Shown in pieces: positions 12,309 through 23,286 of a stretch of 33,000 nt of DNA (its first letter is position 1; every line of letters starts with the position of its first letter). The stretch lies in assembly GCA_965235115.1 (NCBI GenBank), contig OZ249440.1, positions 15,500,001-15,533,000 on the forward strand. The letters run 5' to 3'. Both the position numbers and the translations under genes were made by a program. Below the pieces are notes generated by a model. It searched no databases and had not been told where the DNA came from. It saw nothing but the letters and a program-made list of their open reading frames with translations. Source of the stretch: Laetmonice hystrix. Lineage: Eukaryota.

Positions 12309-12327
12309 TCGCCACCAGGGGGCGTGA
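12309..12327 (+). promoter_or_regulatory. CTCF motif (tcGCCACCAGGGGGCGtga) with adjacent ETS site ACTTCCGG
   Basis: 16/19 match to TGGCCACCAGGGGGCGCTA; ETS core at 12301-12308; CpG-rich context with an NRF1-like ACGCATGCGC at 12133-12142. Confidence 0.65.
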
Positions 12328-12560
12328 AACAGCAGGTCGTCGGCGAAATCTCGCCTGATGTTCTATCAAAGCGAATACTTGGGGCGGCACGTGTACATCT
12401 GTCCCACGGAGTCATCACCAGTTGAGAAAATATCCACTTCACACGCTTCGGCTTCGAAGGGGGAAAATCGATGGTTACGCCACCGGGTGGGTTGATAAGC
12501 ATGCATGGTTGTCGAAGAAAGACGGATTGGGTCATGGCTACAACGTCCTGCTTGAGAATA

Positions 12561-12579
12561 TTGCCACCAGGGGGTGAAA
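12561..12579 (+). promoter_or_regulatory. CTCF motif (ttGCCACCAGGGGGTGaaa)
   Basis: 15/19 match to consensus; 252 bp from the first site, same orientation, no shared flanks. Confidence 0.55.
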
Positions 12580-14689
12580 AATTAGGGTCTCATTTACGTA
12601 TTGTGAAGAATACGAACTCTTGTTATCAAAACATCTAAGAAATGCGTGGAAATCATTATAAATATCAGTTGTACATTATGTTTCCTGATGACACCTCACA
12701 GCTGAAAACAATGGTTGTCAGGATGACTGCTACAAACCACATATTTTCCTATTTGTATGGACTCTAAGCACTGAAAGTAAAATAATATCTTTTAAACGAA
12801 ATGCAACACCCCTGATTTATTCTGTCTTATTTGTGATTCCCCTAAAGGAGAGCCTTAATCGTCTTATCAGCAGAGCATTGGTTTTAATGTGGCACCGAGT
12901 CGATCAATAGACACGCTTTCAGCTCACTATTACACGAATGGCGATTTTTAAACCAACTCCTCGAGGGACACAGAGAGCGTGGACTGGTATTGGCATTAAG
13001 CGAACAGCAAGTGGTGTCATTTAAAGCATAATCTTGCTTTCACATAGCAATTTTCCCCGTCTGTATGTCGATCTGCCTTGGCGCCTCTACGAAAAGCATG
13101 TGTCCTACCGGCTGAAACTAATAAGAAACCATCTACGCTCGGCTGAACACGTAGCAGCAACCTTCCCCGGTTCCAAAAGCATATATACTCTATCAGACCA
13201 ATCTACGCCTTTACCGAATCCCCCTGCCGTCCTGGCTGCTCCTCAATCTGTCACTTGACCAATTTTTCCAAAACCCCCGATCAATAATTTGGCATAGAAC
13301 ACCGTGGGCGGTTAGCCTCAGAGTGGGTGCCTGATGATTAGCGCACATTGACTATACTACTCACCCAGCCGGCCGAGGACAACAGCCACCATTCACCACG
13401 TCATATCACACGGCTAACTGTTCATCATAAGTATCGCTTATTTCCAATGGCCGGCCCCGCTGAGATTCCTGATTGGCAGCTTCAAGAAGTCCAAAAAAAG
13501 GAGCAAATGGCCTGAGATCCGAGAGAACTATAGCTCTCGTTGGGAAAGAACGTTACTGACGTGCCAACTGAGCGGGCTTTCGTCATACAGAAATCACATT
13601 CCGCGGTAGAATTGGCAATATCTGGGTACTCCTCGGTGACCAGTACAAAGGCAAATACTTTCAATGGATGTGCACTTCCTATGTCGGAGGAAGGATGCCT
13701 TCACCAGATAGCATGTCAGGGCCACAATGATTCCTGGATGCATTATTTTTATTGCCTGCCATATACTAGATCATATAGCAGCTGGTTCAAGTATGGATGA
13801 GTCAGTCTCTATCCCTTTCGGTTGGTGCTATAGGTATAGTTGATACGTTGATACTCTTGGTATTGCATACAGAGGCATTAAAGAACCCAGATCCCCAAGC
13901 ATGATAGAGACATCGTAGATGGACCCACAGGCGTGTCCCATTCGAAAGCACTTGCAATGTAAGCCGGATCTTTGTTCCCTCCCCCAGCAAATCGCTCCAT
14001 TGATTTTCCAAAGCCATCGCCATCATACAGAACACCCCAGTTTGTCATGCTTTTCCAGAGACTCGCCCAAATTCTAAATCGGCACACATTTATTCGCTAA
14101 GATGTCCGTTGCAGGGGCGCCATCAGGGCCGGTGTCGTCTGCAGTGTGAAGGCATGCTTTCTGTTCCAGGTCCCGATCAATTTGTTTCTATTCGGAATGG
14201 ATAAGCCGGCGGGTAGGGCTTCCATTCCCAGATTATGATCAGATGCACTGTACATCCTCCAGCGTTGTCTAACAGAAGTGCTAAGCACCTCTGCCCCCTT
14301 TAACACTTCTGAAAATAAGAACGCCTTTAACGATTAAAACAGGCCTCAGGAACGGTTAATGAACTATGAAGGCATTGCGAAGGACTCCGTTATGAACGTT
14401 CCGTCCCTTTTGGCTGGTCTTCAGCTTTTAGACCAGTTAATTTAGGGAGGAGATTGTATTGGTCCATCTAGCAATGCGTGTCTTGTTATTTTGGCCTCAT
14501 AGATGAAACAATAAAACGGCTCGCTTGTATGATATTCTCGGAAAAAGATTTTTTTCTCCCATTGAGGGCAAAAAGAGAGCGTGATCTTCTCAAGCAGGCC
14601 CCCTTTGCCCCTCCCCCTCCCCCACCCAATGTCTGTGCCCTAAAGTCTTTTATAGACAAGACATATCCGTTGACGAAGGTGTGTGACCC

Positions 14690-15339
14690 TGTTCCGGCTA
14701 GATACGTCCGAACGGCTCGTTATGTCCGATAGGAGATATGTCCGCAAACATCAGCTAGATATGTCCAAAGAAATGGATATGTCCGCAAATATCAGCTAGA
14801 TGTGTCCGGTACCGGACACATCTAGCTGACATTTGCGGACATATCCAGATTACCGGACATATCTAGCTGACATTTGCGGACATATCCAGATTACCGGACA
14901 CATCCAGCTGGGGAACTACCTACTAGTCCGGGGGCAGTCCGAGGGTTCACTAGTCCGAAGTTGACAGTAGGCAATGGCAGGGGAACATGGGGCAAATAGG
15001 GGGTTAACCTCAGGGGGGCGTTAGTCCGACAGCCCAGTGGTGCGACAGACCAATCCGCATTATGGGTTAGAGTTAAGGTTAGGTTTATGGTTAGTTATAT
15101 TTGGTTTTTGGGTTAGGGTTGCCTATTGCCCACTTCGGACTAGTGAACCCTCGGACTAGTAAACTTTCGGACTAGTGAACCCTACCCTCTAGTTGATATT
15201 TGCGGACAGATCCGGATTACCGGACATATCTAGCTGATATTTGCAGACATATCCGGGTTACCGGACATATCTAGCTGATATTTTCGGACATATATCCTCT
15301 CGGACATAACTAGCCGTTCGGACATATCTAGCCGGAACA
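14690..15339. mobile_element. Non-autonomous foldback DNA transposon/MITE, TGT...ACA termini, 5-bp TSD (gaccc)
   Basis: The left end tgttccggctagatacgtccgaacggctcgttatgtccga matches the reverse complement of the right end with few mismatches. gaccc is present at both 14685-14689 and 15340-15344. Internal palindrome centred on ggt|acc (14810/14811); about 41-bp subrepeats; no ORF. Confidence 0.85.
14911..15187. mobile_element. Second MITE nested in the first: GGG...CCC termini, imperfect subrepeat TIRs, degenerate 8-bp TSD
   Basis: Interrupts a host repeat unit and is flanked by tccagctg (14903-14910) and tctagttg (15188-15195), each one change from the host consensus tctagctg. Arms carry actagtccga versus tcggactagt subrepeats; GGTTAG-like interior at 15062-15120. 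Confidence 0.7.
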
Positions 15340-15530
15340 GACCCTCCCTAGCAATGCTAATGGATGGGATCTTTTGACGTGCGACCAGAATGCGAGTCGA
15401 GGCGGTTTTGGCGGACCTGTATTGGCGAATCCCTTTGATGTCGACCCGTTATGTCTTTGATCCCTGACCCTCGCCCCTGACGTGTAATTATCATCCCCTG
15501 TCTCTCACCCAGACATGGGTGTCGTGGGTA

Positions 15531-15552
15531 TGACGTCAAACTAGTGACGTCA
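15531..15552. promoter_or_regulatory. Tandem pair of perfect CREs (TGACGTCA-aactag-TGACGTCA)
   Basis: Exact consensus at 15531-15538 and 15545-15552. Confidence 0.5.
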
Positions 15553-16065
15553 TCCGGGGTTAGACTAAAACCAGTTGGATTCCGGTTTGAGGGATGTCTC
15601 TTTTCGAGCTCTCCATCCTGGCTTACTCAATCATACAACCAGATCTACAGCCATCTCTACCAGAACCTTCGATTGGAGCTAATGTATAAGGGCAAATCCA
15701 GAAAATAAAACACACAACCTTTCTACTGATCGAAAGAATAAAAAAACCCTATCAACACGAAGGGAACCATCATATCAGTGTAACCGTTGGCCTTTACATC
15801 ACATAACATTTTGTAATAATTTAAAATGTATCAAAAGACTTGAATATCGCCGAGAGACTTCGTTGAGGCCATTATACCATATTTGTAAACCTAAGACATC
15901 GGTTGATACTAGCAGAAAGAAATCGGCTCTTGTGGAAAGAAGTATGGCCATATAATCTATGAAGCTGTAGTCACTTTGCTCCAGTAATAGGCTTTCTCTA
16001 ACAGGGGGGGGATAACGTTTAAAGGTGCATTCTTTACAGTCCGGTACCCGTCTGAAATGCCACAC

Positions 16066-16107
16066 GATTAGACGTTCTAACGGTCAGATTAGACCTTCTA
16101 ACGGTCA
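16066..16107. repeat. 21-bp tandem dimer (gattagac[g/c]ttctaacggtca)
   Basis: Two units differing at one position; similar to the 20-bp minisatellite unit at 5.4 kb. Confidence 0.8.
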
Positions 16108-16700
16108 AGTCTGTCATTACACACCGTCGAACACGTCGACTACAGAAGACGACCGTCTATCACCCTCCCCCCGCTCCGTGGCCCACCGTGCCGCGGCCGT
16201 CCAGAATTAGCCCCTGGTGGTCTGGTCCTAACACCCTCTAATATCGCCCGTCCTCAGCTGGGCGCCTCGGCCGTCCGTCACGTCCTGCTGTAGTCCCTCT
16301 CCTGCCGAGTTCCGGCAGGTACCGTCGACGTGAGCGACTCCTACCGGACAGACACCGTACCAGTCGCTGCGACTTGGCGGAGGGACATTATTTATTCATA
16401 GTGAATATGCATTTTTATCTGTTCGACCGACTCGTAGACAAAACAAATGGCGCCCGGCAACAGGGAGCAATGGTTGCCCTAGGACAGGCGATTCAAACGC
16501 GTTTGTGGTTGTTGTGATGAGAAATCACCAGCGTGTTGGACTGGGAGTCCGGAGGGACACAAATCCATCGTCCTTAAAAGGAACAAACAGACATAACGGG
16601 CCCCAAGATAGTGGCTGTTATTGCCCTTCTGAGATCTAATAGATGTTGACATAAGGGGGTCATGTTTTATGAAGCCTTCCTTTATGGAGTCTCTAATATC

Positions 16701-16804
16701 GTACTCCTCAAACGAACTCACGGAATGAACTTCTGGAACGAACTCCTAGAATGAACTCCTGAAATGAACTCCCAGAATGAACTCCTGGAACAAACTCCCG
16801 GAAT
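16701..16804. repeat. 13-bp degenerate tandem repeat, about 8 units (consensus gaactcctggaat)
   Basis: Units start at 16701, 16714, 16727, 16740, 16753, 16766, 16779 and 16792. Confidence 0.88.
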
Positions 16805-18604
16805 GAAAAAAGACAGACAAAAAGATTCGAATATGTACGATGCACTAACAGCGCCTTGTAATAAAAGAAATTACTATAGAGGCTGTATTGTGACGTTTGG
16901 ATGATAACAGTAGTCGTGGGGCTGGGATTAGGCTACTTATAGTCTACGTGACGCAAGAGGAAGGTACAGATCTTTGCTGCAAAATGCCTCCTGTTACTGA
17001 AGTTTGAATGTTTGGCAAGAAGTATAGGACTAGAAGTAGAAGTGGCTAGTATCGTGAAATTGTAGGCGAAGACTATTACTGTAACGACGCTGGTCCGATA
17101 AACGCCGGTGTCAGGAGGGGAAGGAGGACGATGAGGAGCAGCAGCGCAAACAACAGGCCGACGCCTACTACTACCAATAATCTAAGTTACATGACATTTG
17201 ACTTTAACTACTTGCTCTAAGTAAAGGAATTTGGTAGCCATGCAACACGTTTCCCTGCCCGACCATGTTATTCCACTCCACAGTCCGTGAAATCCGTGGT
17301 TGGGTCGAACAGAATAGAGTAACGGTATGTGTACCTGATGACTATCGCTTCTCCCTCTCCATAATACATCAAACAGGAGTGTAGCTTGATCAATACGGCC
17401 GTACGCAAGTCGACGTAACTGAGGCGGGACTCTACAGGATGTGCACCAAACGACTAGCGGCGCTCCCGACGTTACGCGCATGACTAGAGCCCAGACAATC
17501 TTCATCCAATTTACTTTTGACCCTCCCGCCAGGTACTGCTTGCTTGACCTCGTAACCATACTGTAATTATGATCTAAATTAAAACGGGCCAGAGGGTCAT
17601 CACTCCTGTATTTGAAGCACATTGTAAATGAACCTTTCATCTCATGGTACTTTTACCCTTTTCAACGTACTCGTGACGTCGACGCCGAATTTATAGGGGG
17701 CTTTTTTTCGCGGTTTTCTCTGCACGTGCGGGACGTTTGTCGTGTGTTGCACCGGTTGACCGCCATGCCGCACAGTTCGTTATTGATTATTTTAGCATCA
17801 TGCCAGAGTTGTTTGGTGGATGCCTAATTAAAGATATGCACCCTAACGGAGTTCATTTCGAACCGAATGGATACCTTGGTCATGTTTGTCTGCATGGAGG
17901 AGTCTGCTCAAAGTCAAGTCATCGCCGTCACTGCTGTGCTTTATCGAATATTGATCTGCACTAGAAACTGATCGTCTCTGAGCAAAAACTGACATGACGT
18001 ACTGTCTGCGAGTACTGCTCGTCGGTAAATCTAATTAACACAAACTTCTACACAATCCTCACACTTTTTACACCCATGTAAAGGTAGTAACCGGATTACG
18101 AGACCTATTTTTAATAAGTGAAATTCTCATAATTTGCAGTTGGACTAGTTTATTTAGTAATCCCCTAATTAACCTCTTTTCTGCAAAACCATGCTTATAG
18201 AAATAAGCCATCTCCTTAATGTACAAATAATCACTGTTTTATAACTCCCGTATAGCAGCAAGGGGTCGCCTATGACGACATCAAGAAAATCCGATTTTGG
18301 GAGAGCAAAAAGATTCGACTTTCTCCTGACACGGCCCTCTCCCCTCCCCCTAAAGTCACAGTGAGGCTACCCCAATGACACATCAAAAAAGAAAGTAAGA
18401 TGTTATTATTGCATTGAATATTTCCGACCTCGCAATAAATTTCTGAGGCTTTCCCTAGGTCGACAGGAACTGTATTTCCGGTTTGATCTCAGGTAAAGGA
18501 CACTTTCATCATACATAAAACATGAAAATCGCGGTGCCCGCAAGGTTTGCCGTCCAAGTGCAACTTTGCACCTTTTATCTTGTCATCGGCGACACCCCGC
18601 GAGG

Positions 18605-18626
18605 TGACGTCAGCGTGACACGTGAC
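18605..18626. promoter_or_regulatory. Composite CRE plus CACGTGAC E-box
   Basis: TGACGTCA at 18605-18612 and CACGTGAC at 18619-18626. Confidence 0.45.
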
Positions 18627-21600
18627 CCCATTGATGTGCTATTCCGAGGTAACTGCGGGGTTGGTTTGAAGCCGGTCCAAAGAGGACCTGGAACATTCGA
18701 GGACACCGTGCGTCCTTAGATGTGACCCCCGTGGGATAACCCCTAATGTATAATACCGCGATACGGATCTCACTGTTCGTGACTCAGTTGCCTCGCCATG
18801 AATCTGCCTACTTTACTGAACGCATTTTCAAACGTTGAGAGAGCGTTTCTTCCCCGCCGACTAAAACAGCCTTAAACCAAATCTGATTTGCCGCCCTTTT
18901 GCATGTAATGACGGTAACCCCATGGCCCAGGTTCGGCTGATGAACAAAGTAGGGGATAGGTCTTTGAGAACGACTCCACCATACAGGTACTTCTGATCTA
19001 GTGATGCACGGCGTAACCTGCCGTGATATACAAGGGAAGTAAAAAAACACACTTTTGAACTATACATTTACCAGAATCACAGCCTATCATGTACAAAAGG
19101 GTGACACAGCTTCACCGCTGCTTCTTGAATGGTCTGCCTCGTAAACTTTGGCTTGATTATGTAGCCCTTTGATGACCACGGATCACTGGGGAAATAATAC
19201 ATGTACTGTGAAGACTTCCCTGCACCAGCCCTCGTCCCATTCGTCGCCTGTTACGCGCAGATAGGGATGAAGCTGAAGATCATTCTTACACCAGATCTCC
19301 AATTGGAACTTGGTGAGAGTTCGGTGACGAAGGACTGAGAGAATAGAAGTCACCTGACCGGTCCTGCAGTGCAGTAGAGATGTCTATAATATAAAGACGA
19401 TATCTTCTATTGTTGGTGGAACCTCATTAAACCGCCTTTCCTTTTTCTGTTTCGTTTTCCTTCGCGATCAACAATGAGCGATAAGGGGTATGATCTTTAC
19501 AAACCGGGGATATAAAGTTAGAGAGCCGATGTACTTTTTGATCCATTAAAATAAATGCTGAGTTGGTAATATATTGGAGCCTGTGCTTTCGGGTATTTAT
19601 TTCATGAGAGAAAGTAGCAATTGAAATTCACGAATGATGTCCCTTTGTCTACGTCAAAATGAATGTCCTTTTACTCGACCAGAATTATCTTATAAAATAA
19701 GAAGCCACACAAAGATTACAAGCTTTTCAAAGCTGCTTCAATAAATGTGTCGCTTACATGGAATTCAAATTGCGCAGTACGTATTGTGGTCTCAAATTAA
19801 AGCAGCCGATTTCCGCGCTCTTTCCCGGCCGGTAATTCATAGACAACGAGAACAGAAGAGAAAAGTCGTGTAATGTAGTGGGCGATCCAATGGGCAATCA
19901 ATATCTGACAGCTCTGTATGAGGCCTTTCGTCTTGTTGTATTAACAATGTATGTTTCTTATCAACAGTTATCTTATGATGTACATTAAAAGGATCAATCC
20001 AGGGCAATCAAGGCAAAAGGCAAAATGATTGATTATCTGCCTAATTACTGAACGTTTGCATTATATGTCTCCAGCATTGTATCATTTAATGATCCAGGCG
20101 TATGGAATATGCGGAGAGATTCCTCTGTGATCATGTTATCAAATGTTTTAACTGTAAGAACACAGAAGACGTGATTAACTCTGCGCCCAGAAACAATGAT
20201 CGGTTGGCGTTTTAATTTGTCGATGAAACCGCAGGACAGGACGCATGTGGCAGATGCTAAAGCTATAACTCGCATAGATAGAGTACATAGCTGATCCTTC
20301 CAGAAAACAACAGAATTTAAATCAGTCTCTGATTAAGAACCGTAAATCGCCACTCTGCCCGGTTTTGAAGGAGTTATTGTAACCAGCATGCTGGCAGGGC
20401 GGAAGTACGACCGGAAGACAATGACACTGGAGACCCCTGAGTTTGGAAGCACGTCCGGAGAACGTGTGCCCAAGTGTTTCCCATCTGGGTGTGATCGTGA
20501 CCGACTTTGTACGAGTCGTACCTACCTTCCTGTTATTTTCGTACAGAACAGGTTTTCACGAAGCGCACGTTTTGGCTTTGGTAGCGGTCATCACAGAGGG
20601 CGAAGCGAGATACAAAGACGATTACCCGGATGTCACAGCAATATTGTATTTGTATGATACCTTGTTCATCTGGAGTTGACGCGTCTTCCGCTTTGCTTTG
20701 ATTATCTGAACACAATAATCAATATACAGACCATGGGCTCCGATGTGAATAAGTTTAGGTAAGCCATCTGCAAAACTCACATTTAGAATGTTTTTGTTTG
20801 AGAAAAAAGGTGTAATGGTTAATAAATGTTGTTTTCAAACTGGTTATTTACGAGCATGGGGCTTCACAATTCTTTATTAAAAGAAAGTTAACAAATATTC
20901 GAAAGAATACTGTTATATTAATTCTCCGTTTCAGGGTTATTATTATAATCACATAGCCATTATGTGGAGACACAGTGAAAGTCAGCGCTGTCACATTCAT
21001 CCATAATTGCAGACACCGACAGAAGTAATTCTATAGGGATTGGCAGGGTACGACAGGAATGACGTTAAGTTTTCATGCATCTCATCATTCAAACGGGGCA
21101 ACAAAATAAGTATACACCCTGTGGATATAATATTTCACACCGTGGTCGGTTCTTCATCCATTTACGGCTTTCTGCAGGCTTTGTACGCCGTCCAAGATGT
21201 ATGAAACAGTAATTGGAATTGACAACACAGACTGTTACTAACATGAAATCCGTCACTTCACACCAATCTCTCTCTGTCTCTGTCTTTTTCGCTCACATTT
21301 TGTTCTTTCCTCACTCCTCTGCAATTCTTACTGTTACCATTTAAATTTCATATAATCAGCTTGTCGCTCAAAGGCAGCTTTCCAAAGATTGTTTGTCAAA
21401 ATGTAGCACTGCTTCCCATTAGAAGAAAGGAGAAAATAATTCACTATCTTCTCCTATTAAAATAGATTCCAGACAAGTCCGGGAGTGACATTCTGCTATG
21501 ATCCAATGTCAAAGTCCTGGATCACTGGCAGATTAGTATTCTAAATTATAACATTATCCACAGATGTATGCACAAAATTAGTCAAGCTAAAGAAGTACTG

Positions 21601-22057
21601 GCAGAACATTGAAGACACAAACCTCCTTTGAAGGATGACCCCTTGAATACAAACCCTGCAGTTAAAGTGAACTCTCCCGGGCAGGAGGTAAATAAGATCG
21701 GGTCCCTGGCCAATAATTGGTCCTTATTATCTAGTCACGTGGCCGGTACTTGTACGGCGTGCTCGCGTTCCACCATTCACGATTGCCTTCCTTTCAGTGG
21801 GAGATTGAAACGACGTAGGGGGTAAGTTGATTTTCTTCCCTCAGTCTGTCAATTAGCCACCCTTTATCGGTATACACGGACTTAGCTTGAGTAGGTTTTC
21901 GTCCAGTCAGGCGGGACGCAATCCAATCAAACGGTATGAAACTCGAGCATCAAAGCACCTTGATTCGATAAACACTGCCCATTCTTCCCTTGATTTACGT
22001 GGCCGAGTTAATCCCTTAAATGTGCTGCCTGAGACTTAGTTTCAGGCTGATAAGTTC

Positions 22058-22190
22058 TCTAATGCCCCTCGTGCGAGTCAGGCTCGGAGTAAAGTGATCA
22101 CCAAATGGTTCAAGATGGGCAGAACTCGCTCGTCTTTGAAGGATCTAGGTGCACAAGCTTTTAGTGTCTAGCCACCTACAGTGGTCAGTA
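22058..22190 (+). mobile_element. Possible highly decayed L2/CR1-group LINE ORF2 C-terminal remnant
   Basis: Frame reads ...MGRTRSSLKDLGAQAFSV*PPTVV, resembling the recalled L2-type tail P-RTRLKT-GDRAFSVAAP-LWN. Short, stop-interrupted and judged by eye only. Confidence 0.25.
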
Positions 22191-22500
22191 CAGGATAACA
22201 AGTGCGTGCCTTAAGGATATCCGGAACAACTCCGTTAGAATAAGGTTAAGCTTGCTTACACTAACGAGAGGTCATTGGTTTACAGAGCAGAATAAATACA
22301 ACAAAATACTGCACACATTAAACTGAAGATCCCGCTAATGTTGACGGATATGGCACACAATATGGGGAGCTCGAATATTTGGTGAGGTCAGTGTGTTTAA
22401 TAGACGACGTTTATCGTTCAGTGAGACTCACGTCTAACGTTCGTTCTTTGTTCGCATCTAATATTGAAACCTCTAAAAGACGATGTTCATTGCTCGGAAA

Positions 22501-22838
22501 GACCCACATCTAACTTTCGTCTTTTACTAGACGCCGTTCATGGTTTCTAACGTTAGACCCACATCTAACTTTCGTCCTTTAATAGACGCCGTTCATGGTT
22601 TCTAACGTTAGACCCACATCTAACTTTCGTCCTTTAATAGACGGCGTTCATGGTTTCTAACGTTAGACCCACATCTAACTTTCGTCCTTTAATAGACGGC
22701 GTTCATGGTTTCTAACGTTAGACCCACATCTAACTTTCGTCCTTTAATAGACGCCGTTCATGGTTTCTAACGTTAGACCCACATCTAACTTTCGTCCTTT
22801 AATAGACGCCGTTCATGGTTTCTAACGTTAGACCCACA
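22501..22838. repeat. 55-bp minisatellite, 6 near-identical units plus partial
   Basis: Unit gacccacatctaactttcgtcctttaatagacgccgttcatggtttctaacgtta starts at 22501, 22556, 22611, 22666, 22721 and 22776; each junction forms the palindrome tctaacgttaga. Confidence 0.97.
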
Positions 22839-23286
22839 CCTGACCTTACTATTGGTAGACCGCCCACGTATCTCACGGCTGATTTCTTGCCCTCCAAGAC
22901 TATTGTTTTCTGTTTTTTTCGTTTCGAACCACCAGGTATGTCTAGATCGAGCCATGACCCACAGAGGTGTTGGGCCTACCATATCATGGGACCTGTCAGT
23001 ACTTTAAATTGTTATCATACGGCGAGATAGTCGCTTTATTCCAGGTTTGCCTCCAGGACCAGATGAGCTGGCAATGGCGGCCAAGGTCAAAGGTCGTGAT
23101 CCTGCCGAGTCTGTGCGATGACCCGGTGCGCCACGAACCGTGTTTCGGTCTCAGCTATGTTGGGTCGCCTCCAGAAGGCGGAGTCTTCTTTGTCTGGGGT
23201 CCGGCATACATGAGGCGGGAAGTCTGCTCCGTTTGCATGAGTTGGCAACAATTGGAGTCGTTTTAAACGCCAATATAAACCCGTCC

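Noticed and set aside
12549-12560. 12-nt match to miR-137 (tgcttgagaata)
   Set aside because: Partial match only; the seed and a precursor hairpin are absent.
13960-14040. GNKDPAYI resembling the TTF zinc-finger region of ZMYM/hAT transposases
   Set aside because: The required Cys/His residues and the GF-NWK motif are missing.
14599-14627. C-tract with G-quadruplex potential (also 658-695 and 25878-25892)
   Set aside because: Common low-complexity sequence with nothing indicating function.
16448-16480. tRNA-Lys gene on the minus strand
   Set aside because: No T-loop (GGTTC) or cloverleaf; only the 3' acceptor-like end is present.
17182-17640. Longest ORF (152 aa, minus)
   Set aside because: No recognisable domain and only weak splice signals; one ORF of this length in 33 kb across six frames is plausible by chance.
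22915-22960. Pol III B-box-like GGTTCGAAAC on the minus strand
   Set aside because: No valid A-box or tRNA/SINE structure upstream.
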